In this document: one piece after another, positions 10,031 through 19,483 of the stretch
How positions within the stretch are numbered: position 1 is the stretch's first letter
Layout: each line of letters starts with the position of its first letter
Assembly (NCBI GenBank): GCA_050012255.1
Contig: JBEKHN010000011.1
Location: forward strand, 1 to 64,000
Direction of reading: 5' to 3'
DNA: 64,000 nt
From: Candidatus Bathyarchaeia archaeon
GTDB taxonomy: Archaea; Thermoproteota; Bathyarchaeia; Bathyarchaeales; Bathycorpusculaceae
Notes under the pieces: generated by a model
The model's database searches: none
Seen by the model: only the letters and a program-made list of their open reading frames with translations
What the model was told of the DNA's origin: nothing
Program-made: the position numbers and the translations under genes

Positions 10031-10630
10031 CTACTTTCCCACTCTCACGCTTTCCAGGCCCAGCTCGAAGGCTCTGAGGTTCATGTCCAGATGTTTTGCA
10101 GGAACAAGCTCTCGGACGGCTTCCCTCAGGCTTTCAGTCTTCACAGGCAACACCTCAGTGCCGGCCAAAGCCCCCAATAACACAACGTTCTGTGCAAGAC
10201 TGCTTCCAGCTTTCTTAGCTAACCGTGGCGCCTCAACGAGAAGTACGCGGCTTGTGAAGATTTGAACCTTCTCGACGAGTTTTTCTATGCTTGGATACTT
10301 CACATTCTTCGCCGCCAATTCCGTCGGCGGAATTCTTTCCGTGCTCATCATGACCAGCGTCTTTTCTGAAGCGTACTTCAGGTTCCGCAGCGTTTCAAAG
10401 GGCTCAAACCCCAAAAGCACGTCTGCTTGTCCTTCCAACACCGTTGAAGACAGAGCGTCTTCGCCTATTCTAACTGTTGAAACGACTGCTCCGCCCCGTT
10501 GGGCCATGCCATGGATCTCGCTTACCCTGACGTTCAGTTCATCCTTAACAGCGGCCACTCCTATGGCTTCAGCCGCCAAGAGCGTGCCTTGCCCGCCGAC
10601 GCCGGCCAGAACGATGTTGAACTCCTTCAT
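10031..10630 (-). CDS. iorB: Indolepyruvate:ferredoxin oxidoreductase beta subunit
   Basis: GVGGQG, SEIHGMAQRGG, NVVLLGA; ATG 10630 overlaps the iorA stop (ATGA). Confidence 0.95.
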   Translation of the reverse strand: MKEFNIVLAGVGGQGTLLAAEAIGVAAVKDELNVRVSEIHGMAQRGGAVVSTVRIGEDALSSTVLEGQADVLLGFEPFETLRNLKYASEKTLVMMSTERIPPTELAAKNVKYPSIEKLVEKVQIFTSRVLLVEAPRLAKKAGSSLAQNVVLLGALAGTEVLPVKTESLREAVRELVPAKHLDMNLRAFELGLESVRVGK

Positions 10631-12507
10631 TCTGCACAGCTTCCTTCTATGGCGCCGTAAGGACAAACCGAAATGCAAAGTCCACAGGCAGTGCAACTGT
10701 CTTCGTCGATTTTCACCTTTCCCTCTTCAGCGACAATGGCTGGACAGCCTAGAAGTTTGATGCAGGCCATGCAGTTCGTGCATTTATCAGTGATTCTGGT
10801 CGGTTCGAATTTGATTCCTCTCTGCCTCTTCTCCCGGACGGCCATCAAAGTGCAGGGGGCCCTGAAAACGACAACTGAAGGCCCAGGTTGTTGCAGGGCC
10901 TCTTTCACCACTGCCGTCGCTTCTTTTGTTTTGAACGGGTCCACCACCTTCACGTATTTGACGCCACATCCTTTAGCAACGTTTTCAATAAGAATTCTCT
11001 CCGTTGACGCGCGCATTCCAGTCATGCCCGTCCCAGGATGCGGCTGATGCCCGGTCATCGCCGTTGCAAGATTGTCCAGAACCACTGTGAGGACCTTGCT
11101 CTTATTATAAACAGCGTTCACCAGTCCAGGAATCCCCGCATGGAAAAACGTCGAGTCTCCAATGATCGCAATGGTTTCTCTGCCTGATGCTTTGCTCATT
11201 CCCTGAGCAGTGCCGATGCTTGCACCCATGCACGTCATGATGTCTCCAACGTTCAAGGGTGGAGCGATTCCCAAAGCGTAGCAGCCTATGTCGGTTGAGT
11301 ACAGTGCAGTGTCTCCTCCGACCCTTCTCATCACGTAGAAGGACGCTCTGTGAGGACAACCAGCACAGAGTATTGGCGGTCTTGAAGGCAAATCTTTTGT
11401 GGCTTCAGCATATTTTTCACTGATCTTCTGGAAATCTATCGGCAGTTTTCTGCCCGTTATCTCGGCCAAACCCGCTGCGACTATGCGAGTTGAAAGCTCC
11501 CCTTCTTTCGGGAAGAATCGCTTGACCATTTTTCCGAATATCTCGACGTTTGGCGCGTGATCCTTAGCTATTGCTTTGACCTGCATTTCCAAGTATGGTT
11601 CAAGCTCTTCAACGATGACGATTTTGTCGCAGGCTTTCAAGAATCGCCCGATCATTTTCTCTGGAAGCGGATGCGTCATTCCGAGTTTCAGAATGCCCGC
11701 GTCTAGGCTCAGCAGGTTTGCTGCCTCCAACGCGTAGTTGTAAGCTGAGCCTGAGGATATAATGCCCAATTCTTTGCCTTTATTGACAACCTTGTTGTAG
11801 GGAGATGCCTCGCTGATTTCCTTTGCCTTTGCGGCCTGTCTCAAAAGCACTTCGTGCTTCGGCCTCGAAAACGCTGGCACCATCACCAAACGCTGCACGT
11901 CTCTGATGAACTTGCCCTGCAGGTTTGGTTTCACTATGCTTTTGTACTCGACTGGTCCGCGAGTGTGGCTCACGCGTGTCGTGGTTCTCAGGAGCACTGG
12001 CAACTCGAGCTTTTCGGATATCTCGATGGCTGAGACAGTCATGTCCTTCGCTTCTTGAGGGTTGGAAGGCTCCAAGCACGGCAGGTTTGAAAGCAGAGCG
12101 TAGAAGCGGTTGTCCTGTTCATTCTGGGAGCTGTAACACTCAGGGTCGTCTGCCGTGACTATCACGTAGCCTCCTCTTACACCGGCGTAAGCCAACGTCA
12201 TGACCATGTCGGCGGCCACGTTGAGCCCAACATGCTTCATCGCTGCAAGGGCTCTCACTCCACAGCTTGCAGCTCCGGCGCCAACCTCAACCGCAACCAT
12301 TTCGTTGACGGAGTATTCCATGTACACACCGGCCTCAGAAGCGATTTCCGACACGGAGTCGCCTATCTCAGACGCGGGTGTACCGGGGTACGTGGTCACA
12401 ACACCTATCCCTGCCTCGAGAATCCCTCGGGCAATGGCCTCATTGCCTAGCAGGAGCACCCGTTTTCCCAGCTTGTCCTGTAACAGGACTTTCGAATCAG
12501 GCAACAA
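10627..12507 (-). CDS. iorA: Indolepyruvate:ferredoxin oxidoreductase alpha subunit
   Basis: LLGNEAIARG, YPGTP, MKHVGLNVA, SSQNEQD, CAGCPH, DIGCY, GDSTFFH, C-terminal ferredoxin domain. Confidence 0.96.
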   Translation of the reverse strand: MLPDSKVLLQDKLGKRVLLLGNEAIARGILEAGIGVVTTYPGTPASEIGDSVSEIASEAGVYMEYSVNEMVAVEVGAGAASCGVRALAAMKHVGLNVAADMVMTLAYAGVRGGYVIVTADDPECYSSQNEQDNRFYALLSNLPCLEPSNPQEAKDMTVSAIEISEKLELPVLLRTTTRVSHTRGPVEYKSIVKPNLQGKFIRDVQRLVMVPAFSRPKHEVLLRQAAKAKEISEASPYNKVVNKGKELGIISSGSAYNYALEAANLLSLDAGILKLGMTHPLPEKMIGRFLKACDKIVIVEELEPYLEMQVKAIAKDHAPNVEIFGKMVKRFFPKEGELSTRIVAAGLAEITGRKLPIDFQKISEKYAEATKDLPSRPPILCAGCPHRASFYVMRRVGGDTALYSTDIGCYALGIAPPLNVGDIMTCMGASIGTAQGMSKASGRETIAIIGDSTFFHAGIPGLVNAVYNKSKVLTVVLDNLATAMTGHQPHPGTGMTGMRASTERILIENVAKGCGVKYVKVVDPFKTKEATAVVKEALQQPGPSVVVFRAPCTLMAVREKRQRGIKFEPTRITDKCTNCMACIKLLGCPAIVAEEGKVKIDEDSCTACGLCISVCPYGAIEGSCAE

Positions 12508-12604
12508 ACTTCTCCTCAGACTTGTTAAAAATCCTCACAGTCTTAACCTTTCACATATAGCTTTTGGTGAGAAAACTGACGATGGTTGAACAGGAATGTC
12601 AGAC

Positions 12605-12620
12605 CGAAAGAATTATAAAA
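12605..12620 (+). promoter_or_regulatory. Putative BRE-TATA promoter of the lyase gene
   Basis: CGAAAG-AA-TTATAAAA about 40 bp upstream of ATG 12660. Confidence 0.45.
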
Positions 12621-12659
12621 ACGTAAACGTGATAAGAGCAAACTCTCGAGGTTTCCATT

Positions 12660-14102
12660 ATGTCTATCAGACTCTCTTCGGGCGAGGAAATTCCGATCGA
12701 GATGCACAAGGCCAGAATGGTGCAAAAAGTCCAGTTAGTTCCTGTTGACCAACGACTCAGAGCCATCGAAGAAGCTGGCTACAACACGTTCCTGCTCAAA
12801 ACTAAAGACATATTTCTCGACATGCTCACCGACAGCGGCGTAAACGCCATGAGCGACAACCAGTTTGCTGCCATGATGAGAACTGATGATGCTTACGCTG
12901 GCAGCATGACTTTCTACGAGTTTGCCAAAGCAGTTGAAGACATCCTTGGATACAAGTACGTAATGAACGTGCATCAAGGCAGAGCGGCAGAACATCTCCT
13001 GGCAAAGGTCTTCGCCAAACCGGGCGGCGTCATCCCCACGAACTACCACTTCACGACTACAAAAGCTCACATTGAGCTCCAAGGCATGCAGGTTCTGGAG
13101 ATCTATTATGATGATGCGTTGAAAACCGAGAGCACAAACCTCTTCAAAGGATGTATGGACCCGCAGAAGCTCAGGAACGTCATCAAGAAGTATGGCAAAG
13201 ACAAGATTGGCTTTGTGCGAATGGAAGCAACGACCAACCTGATCGGCGGACAACCGTTCTCGATGAAAAACCTGAATGAGATCAAACAGATCTGCACCGA
13301 GAACAACCTGCTTCTCGTCATAGACGGAAGTCTGATCTGTGAAAACGCCTATCTCATAAGACAACGAGAGAAAGCATACGAGAACAAGACAGTCGCGGAA
13401 ATAGTCAAAGAGATGTGCAGCATCGCAGACATATACTACATGAGCGGAAGAAAAAACACCTGCGTCAGAGGCGGCTGCATAGCAACCAACAATCTAAAAC
13501 TGTTCGAACTGATACAACCGTGGCTGCCAGTGTACGAGGGGTTCTTCACCTACGGCGGCATGTCGATGAGGGAAATCGGCGCAATGGCCGTCGGAATGAG
13601 GGAAATGGTGGACCCCGACGTCGCAGGCTGTTCAGTCGAACAGATCAAGTACTTCGTCAATAAGCTTGTTAAGGCTGGAATACCAGTAGTCACGCCGCCA
13701 GGCGGATTGGCCTGCCATCTCGACGCGATGAAGTTTCTGCCAAACATGCCCCAGTCGGAATATCCGGCAGGAGCGCTCGCAGCTGGACTTTACATCGCCT
13801 CGGGAATAAGAAGCATGGAAAGAGGCACAATTTCAATGGACAGAAACAAGGAAGGAAAAGAGGTCTTTGCCGACATAGAACTGACAAGGATCGCATTGCC
13901 CAGGAGAGTCTACACAGTGTCGCACATCGAATACGCAGTTGACAGGATAAAATGGCTTCACAAGCACAGAGACCTGGTGAAAGGTTTGAAGTTCGTGTCC
14001 GAACCGCCAGTGCTCAGGTTTTTCCTTGGAAAGCTCAAAGCCCTAGACAACTGGGGAAAAGACTTGGCGGAAGCATTTAAGAAGGAATTAGGCACTTCCT
14101 AA
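12660..14102 (+). CDS. Tryptophanase / tyrosine phenol-lyase family PLP beta-eliminating lyase
   Basis: DMLTDSG, DDAYAGS, HQGRAAE, PLP-lysine region MSGRKN, YEGFFTYGG, RIALPRRVYT, LRFF. Confidence 0.92.
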   Translation: MSIRLSSGEEIPIEMHKARMVQKVQLVPVDQRLRAIEEAGYNTFLLKTKDIFLDMLTDSGVNAMSDNQFAAMMRTDDAYAGSMTFYEFAKAVEDILGYKYVMNVHQGRAAEHLLAKVFAKPGGVIPTNYHFTTTKAHIELQGMQVLEIYYDDALKTESTNLFKGCMDPQKLRNVIKKYGKDKIGFVRMEATTNLIGGQPFSMKNLNEIKQICTENNLLLVIDGSLICENAYLIRQREKAYENKTVAEIVKEMCSIADIYYMSGRKNTCVRGGCIATNNLKLFELIQPWLPVYEGFFTYGGMSMREIGAMAVGMREMVDPDVAGCSVEQIKYFVNKLVKAGIPVVTPPGGLACHLDAMKFLPNMPQSEYPAGALAAGLYIASGIRSMERGTISMDRNKEGKEVFADIELTRIALPRRVYTVSHIEYAVDRIKWLHKHRDLVKGLKFVSEPPVLRFFLGKLKALDNWGKDLAEAFKKELGTS

Positions 14103-14234
14103 TCGTGGAATAGAAAGACAAAATCGGGAAAGGCACGCGCTTGAACAACTACTAAAACCTTCAACGCGCGCTGTGGAAAAGTGCAGAACAAGGTTTATGA
14201 GAAAACGGGCAGCACATTGCGGGGGGAATTCAAG

Positions 14235-14660
14235 ATGCGGCTTAAGTTTCTTGAGGGCAAGTACCTGCTTAACACACGCATCGAAGAGTGTTCTCCTCTA
14301 GTTAAGAAAGCGTTGAATGAAGTGGGGCTGAAAAACGTAGCGGTGAAAAAAGAAGTTCCCCCTCGTTACTTGCTGATAGAATACAGCCCCGGTTGGGTGG
14401 GAAAAGCGTTAGAGATAGAGTTCGTATTCAAGGAAAGGCAAAATGGCTCCGAGGTCTCCGTCAAATGGCCCTTCGCCAGCGAGATTCCCTCTTTCATAGA
14501 TGACAAAGATCATGTTGCACTTTTGAAAAAACACGAGGATGAAAGGAAGCAAACGGCTGAACGCCTGATTGAGGAGTTCAAGAAAAGAATTGGCGCAACT
14601 GATATTCGAGTCGTCGAGGAAGGGAACGTTCTACAAAAGAGGAAAACGGAAGACGAGTAG
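14235..14660 (+). CDS. Hypothetical protein
   Basis: ORF with ATG at 14235 (GTG 14181 alternative); no family recognised; flanked by 11-bp inverted repeats. Confidence 0.65.
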   Translation: MRLKFLEGKYLLNTRIEECSPLVKKALNEVGLKNVAVKKEVPPRYLLIEYSPGWVGKALEIEFVFKERQNGSEVSVKWPFASEIPSFIDDKDHVALLKKHEDERKQTAERLIEEFKKRIGATDIRVVEEGNVLQKRKTEDE

Positions 14661-14764
14661 CCAAGCTTCACTCTTACTCTTAGCCCAGCGCGCGTTTTTG
14701 ATTTAAGAAGGATAGTGTGGAACACGCCAGTTGCTGCGTTGTGCTAGAGATGACTTGAGACTCG

Positions 14765-15418
14765 TCAGGCTAGCTTCAACTGTCTTATCTGTTTAAGGAT
14801 GCTATCGACGGCCACTTCAGGCGGCAGTTCAAGGGACTCACACTTAAACTCTGCAAACGGAGTCCCTTTCTCTTTATAGTACTGCAATATGGGTTCAGTC
14901 TGACGTTCATAGACGCCTATACGGCTCTTGATCACATCCGGCATGTCGTCAGAACGCTGGTAAAGCTGCCCTCCGCACTTGTCACATATCCCCTCCACTT
15001 TGGGCTTCAAGAAGCGTATGTTATACACTTCTCCACAGCTCCTGCATAGTCTGCGGCTTGACAAACGCTCTATAATTATCCAGTCGGGCACCGTCAGCTG
15101 GATGACACCGTTGATCTTGACAAGCTTCTCCAAAGCTTTGACCTGCTCAATAGTGCGCGGGAAGCCATCCAAAATGAAACCTTTCTCGCTGGAAGACTTG
15201 TCCAGACGTTGTTTCAGGACTTGTATCACAACATCGTCGGGAACCAGCTGGCCCTTCTCTACGAAACCCTTGACTTTCCTACCCAACGCGGTGTCCTCTT
15301 TCATGATCTCTCGAAGAATGTCTCCTGTTGCAATGACGTCAATGCCTAGCCTCGTCTGCAAGCGCGAGGCATACGTGCCCTTCCCCGAACCTGGAGGACC
15401 AAAGATGACTAACTTCAT
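14765..15418 (-). CDS. adk: Adenylate kinase, bacterial type with Zn-binding lid
   Basis: GPPGSGKGT, GFILDGFPRT, CRSC...CDKC lid, QRSDD. Confidence 0.96.
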   Translation of the reverse strand: MKLVIFGPPGSGKGTYASRLQTRLGIDVIATGDILREIMKEDTALGRKVKGFVEKGQLVPDDVVIQVLKQRLDKSSSEKGFILDGFPRTIEQVKALEKLVKINGVIQLTVPDWIIIERLSSRRLCRSCGEVYNIRFLKPKVEGICDKCGGQLYQRSDDMPDVIKSRIGVYERQTEPILQYYKEKGTPFAEFKCESLELPPEVAVDSILKQIRQLKLA

Positions 15419-15558
15419 GGGTCATCACTGAACTGTTCACTAGCAACTAACCAGTTTTCTAGGTTTCAGAGCACACTCATATATCATTTTTGAGTAAGAT
15501 CTCAAGAACTTGGCTCCAAAAAGGGTATTTCGAAGAAGGAAAAGATTCAGGAGGGGAA

Positions 15559-16341
15559 TCATTTGCCCTTAAACACAGGCTTTCTTTTCTCTGTAAACGC
15601 TGAGACGCCTTCCTTAAAGTCTTCCGACGAGGCAACGACGCCGAAGCCTTCCCGCTCTAGCGCTATGGCCGAATCGAGGCTTATGTTTGCGCCCTTGTTG
15701 ATCAAGGCCTTTGCCACTTTAAGCGCAACCGGAGGCTTGGATGTTAGCTCGAGGGCAAACTGTCGAACGGTTTCCCTGAACTTGTCTGCAGGGGTTACTA
15801 TGTTTACTATGCCCAACTGCTCCGCGGTTGTCGCATCGAACATCTTTCCCGTGAAAACAAGCTCCTTAGCCTTCGTCATGCCCACCAGACGCGTGAGTCG
15901 CTGAGTTCCACCCCACCCTGGAATTAAGCCGAAGTTTACTTCCGTCTGTCCCATGCGAGCGTTTTCAGAAGCTATGCGGAGGTCGCACGCCATGGCAACT
16001 TCCAAGCCTCCGCCCAAAGCGTAACCGTTGATCGCTGCAACGACTGGTTTCTCCAAGTTTTCCAAAGCTAGGCACAGGCTTTCGCCCATGAGTGAGAGTT
16101 CTCTCGCCTTCAAGGCAGTCATTCCCGCCATAGCTTTTATGTCAGCGCCGGCTGAGAACGCTTTTTCGCCAGCTCCGGTCAGCACAACAACGCGCACGTT
16201 TTCATCACTCTTAACATCTTCCAGTGCCCGAAGTATTTCTTCCACCACTTCCTTGCTGAAGACGTTCAACGCCTCAGGCCGATTCAAAGTGATTGTGGCT
16301 ACACCTTCGCTCTTTTCATAGATTATGAACTTGAATTCCAT
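15559..16341 (-). CDS. crt: Enoyl-CoA hydratase (crotonase)
   Basis: AFSAGADI, NGYALGGGLE, GQTEV..GLIPGWGGTQRL. Confidence 0.92.
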   Translation of the reverse strand: MEFKFIIYEKSEGVATITLNRPEALNVFSKEVVEEILRALEDVKSDENVRVVVLTGAGEKAFSAGADIKAMAGMTALKARELSLMGESLCLALENLEKPVVAAINGYALGGGLEVAMACDLRIASENARMGQTEVNFGLIPGWGGTQRLTRLVGMTKAKELVFTGKMFDATTAEQLGIVNIVTPADKFRETVRQFALELTSKPPVALKVAKALINKGANISLDSAIALEREGFGVVASSEDFKEGVSAFTEKRKPVFKGK

Positions 16342-16359
16342 AGGTCATCACTCCCGCGT

Positions 16360-17235
16360 CTATTTTTGGGTCCAGTCGTAAAAGCCCTTGCCCGTCTTTC
16401 TGCCCAGAAGCTGGGCTTTAGCCATCTGCTTCAGTCCCGTGGTTGGATGGAACTTCGGATCCAGTTCTTTCGTGAGCACCTCAGCAATGGCAAGCGTCGT
16501 GTCTGAACCTATGTAATCCAACAGCATGAGAGGGCCCATGGGCCAGTTTAGTCCAAGCTTTATGGCCTTGTCGATGTCGTCCCTGTCCGCAACTCCTTCC
16601 CAGCACAGGGCTACTGCTTCGTTCAGCGCAGGGATGAGTATCCTGTTCACTATGAAGCCTGGGCTGTCCTTTTTCACGAGCACCGTTTCCTTCTCCATCT
16701 TGTGGGCAACAGCCAAGATCGTTTCGATGGTTTCATCCGAAGTCTTGGCTCCTCTGATCACCTCAATGAGCTTCATGAGTTGCGGCGGATTGAAGAAGTG
16801 CATCCCACAGACTCTTTCAGGGCGTTTGGTCGCTGAGGCCATCTCTGTGATGCTGACAGAGGAGGTGTTCGAAGCGATTATTGCGTGGCTCGGAGCGTAA
16901 CTGTCCACTTCGCGAAACGTTGCCTTCTTCAACTCCAAATTCTCGGGAACTGCTTCAATTATCAAGTCTGCGTCGGCAACGGCCTCTTTCAAGTCGAGCG
17001 TTGGATGGATCCTTGCCAACGTCGCATTCATGTCCGCTTCGGTGAGCTGGCCTTTCTTCACGAATCGCTGTAGACTCTCCCTTATCATGCCCATACCGTT
17101 ATCGACGAAACGCTGTTCAACATCTCGAAGATTCACTTCATACTTGCCGACTTGAGCCGCCACCTGAGCGATCCCGTGCCCCATCAAACCCGCGCCAAGA
17201 ACTGCGACTTTCTCGATTTTACTCAAATTTTCCAC
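16360..17235 (-). CDS. hbd: 3-hydroxyacyl(butyryl)-CoA dehydrogenase
   Basis: GAGLMGHGIA, EAVPE, ASNTSS, GMHFFNP, PGFIVNR, PMGP. Confidence 0.94.
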   Translation of the reverse strand: MENLSKIEKVAVLGAGLMGHGIAQVAAQVGKYEVNLRDVEQRFVDNGMGMIRESLQRFVKKGQLTEADMNATLARIHPTLDLKEAVADADLIIEAVPENLELKKATFREVDSYAPSHAIIASNTSSVSITEMASATKRPERVCGMHFFNPPQLMKLIEVIRGAKTSDETIETILAVAHKMEKETVLVKKDSPGFIVNRILIPALNEAVALCWEGVADRDDIDKAIKLGLNWPMGPLMLLDYIGSDTTLAIAEVLTKELDPKFHPTTGLKQMAKAQLLGRKTGKGFYDWTQK

Positions 17236-17363
17236 CTCTTAGAGAGATGCAACGATTTTTGATAAAAGGTTTTCCAGCAAGGCATAGCGCGCACGGCGCG
17301 CGCGCATATATACGACGGCCGAAAAAAAACAGCATATGCGCGCAGCTGCTAAAGAAATAGGGG

Positions 17364-18671
17364 CTAAGAAGAGCCGTTTTTCCCAAAGTGTTCTGCGATT
17401 ATTATTGCGTCATAGATGTCGGTTATGCCGTCCCGGTTGATGTCAGCGTCCGGATTCCATCGTGCGTCTCCCTTCTGTAATCCGAAGTAGTTTGCGAATG
17501 TGATCGCGTCATAGATGTCAACCGTTCCGTCGCCGTTCATGTCGCCTAAGATGGTTACGAGCACGTAACCGTCAGTCATGTTGTTGTTCGCGGTGTTGGT
17601 TTCGCCCGGAACAGGCCAGACATAAGCGCTTATAGTGTAGTTGCCATAGGCAAAGCCAGTTGTGTTCCACGTGAAGGTTAGGGTTGTGGAGTCTTGGCTT
17701 GCTAGGGTGACATTTTCTGTTTGGATAGCTGTGACGTTGGCGCAAGCTGTGACGCTGAGGGCTTCTGTGTAGCCGCCTTCATTTGCCACTGTGACGTTTA
17801 TGGTGACGCTGAAGCCTTGACCAACCCAAGTCTTAGAAGGCGCAACATTGGTGACGGCTACATCATGAACGCCAAAAGCGTAAACCTTATCGTCACATGA
17901 GCCCACATAGACCACACCATCAACAACAGCAGGAGAAGACCCCACCACGTCGCCAGTTGTATAGCTCCATATGAATGCGCCTGTCGTAGCGTTCAGCGCG
18001 TAAACATTGTCGTCCTCTGAACCCACATAGACGACACCACCAGCAACAGCAGGAGAAGAAACCACAAGACTGCCTGTTGTGTAGTTCCATACCTGCGTGC
18101 CCGTAGTGGCGTTCAAAGCGTAAACCTTGTCGTCATCTGAGCCCACGAAGACAACACCACCAACAACAGCAGGAGAAGAAAACACGTGACTGATCGTCGT
18201 GTAGTTCCATACCTGTGTGCCCGTTGTAGCGTTCAAAGCGTAAACCTTGCCGTCCCATGAGCCCACGAAGACAACACCACCAACAACAGCAGGAGAAGAA
18301 TCCACCGCCCTGCCGGTTGTGTAGTCCCATACCCGTGTGCCCGTCGTAGCGTTCAAAGCATAAACCTTACCGTCCCATGAGCCCACATAGACGATGCCAC
18401 CAGCAACAGCAGGAGAAGAAGAAAACACGTAGTTGCCGGTTGTGTAGCTCCAGAGAGTTTGGTTTGTGGTTGGCGCCGTTGAAGTGGAATATCCGTTGCG
18501 CGTCGGGTCGTGGTGAAACATCGGCCATTCGTCAACGGTGGATTGTGCCACGAGACCAGAGGGTCCATAGCTACTATGAGAATCAGATGCGCTAGAGGAG
18601 ATATTCATGGGAAACACCGAAATCAAGAACAACGCAACTGAGAGGAAACTAACGACGGCTCTTCTCTTCAT
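17364..18671 (-). CDS. Secreted PQQ-repeat beta-propeller protein with CARDB/Ig-like and dockerin-like domains
   Basis: Signal peptide; WPMFHHD..RNG; five SSPAV.GG.V.VGS.D..VYA repeats; HDVAVTNV Ig-like domain; duplicated Ca loops GDMNGDGTVDIYD and DINRDGITDIYD. Confidence 0.9.
   Translation of the reverse strand: MKRRAVVSFLSVALFLISVFPMNISSSASDSHSSYGPSGLVAQSTVDEWPMFHHDPTRNGYSTSTAPTTNQTLWSYTTGNYVFSSSPAVAGGIVYVGSWDGKVYALNATTGTRVWDYTTGRAVDSSPAVVGGVVFVGSWDGKVYALNATTGTQVWNYTTISHVFSSPAVVGGVVFVGSDDDKVYALNATTGTQVWNYTTGSLVVSSPAVAGGVVYVGSEDDNVYALNATTGAFIWSYTTGDVVGSSPAVVDGVVYVGSCDDKVYAFGVHDVAVTNVAPSKTWVGQGFSVTINVTVANEGGYTEALSVTACANVTAIQTENVTLASQDSTTLTFTWNTTGFAYGNYTISAYVWPVPGETNTANNNMTDGYVLVTILGDMNGDGTVDIYDAITFANYFGLQKGDARWNPDADINRDGITDIYDAIIIAEHFGKNGSS
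17875..18460. repeat. Five tandem ~120-bp intragenic repeats (propeller blades)
   Basis: taaac..t..cgtc....gagcccac...gac.acaccac...caacagcaggagaaga recurs in register at 17881, 18001, 18121, 18241 and 18361. Confidence 0.92.
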
Positions 18672-18946
18672 TTTTCAAACCTTTCCCCCGTCTTCCCCTG
18701 AAAAGGTCCGCTCGACCAATAGTGGTTAGCCCAGTAGTGCTATTTAAACTCGTTGAAACAGAGTTTCGGTCCTTACGAGCTGCTTCGTCTCGTCCCTTAT
18801 GCACGATCTATCCGTGAGCTGCAGAAGGCTAAGGCTCTCTTATGGAAAATTGAGCGTGCTTTGCCGAAGAGTTGCATTTCATTCTTCCAAGCCAAGAGCA
18901 AACAGAGTTTTACATCATTAACTGGAAAACAGAAAAAGAGGCATCA

Positions 18947-18998
18947 TGCGGGAGACGTCGCCACTGGCCATAGGATTCGAATCCTACAGCCCGCACCA
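18947..18998 (+). pseudogene. Degenerate tRNA 3'-end fragment
   Basis: TAGGATTCGAATCCTACAGCCCGCACCA resembles a T-arm, 3' acceptor strand and CCA; no D or anticodon arm. Confidence 0.5.
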
Positions 18999-19483
18999 CC
19001 TATGGAAAAAATTAGCGCGCATGCTTGTTCCTAAATTCAGTTCAAGAGGCTGGCGTGGCGTTTTCCGATGAGGGATGGTTACTGTCACGGTTCGAGCTGG
19101 GTGCTCTCTCGCTCTCACGCCCTCCCCCCCCCGGGTATCCTATATGATCCAAATATGATTGAAGAGCAAAACGGACAGCACTAGCTGCTTTCCAAAAGAA
19201 TTTAGGAACACGCTAGCGCGCTACCAAAATTAACCTTACCCCTGAAACAAGGCTATTTCAATTTTTAGTATGCGGATAGCGTGCGCACAGCTGTCTGGCA
19301 AGCATCCTGTCACTCGCACGCGCTAAGCTAGATCATGAAAAAAGCAGTTATCCCAAGTATCGTGGAAAGATCAGGAAGATTGAAAGTGGAATGTTTTCTT
19401 GAGATGGAGGATCTTGTGGTTGCCTTTGATGGCTAATAAAGCTGGGAAGGAAAGTTATTTAGTTTGAGACAACTCACGATTCT

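Noticed and set aside
17875-18460. Diversity-generating retroelement
   Set aside because: No reverse transcriptase or non-coding template repeat in the window, and no unit looks like an adenine-rich template
18753-19034. 93-aa ORF in the accessory patch
   Set aside because: TTG start, no motif, and it runs through the tRNA-like relic
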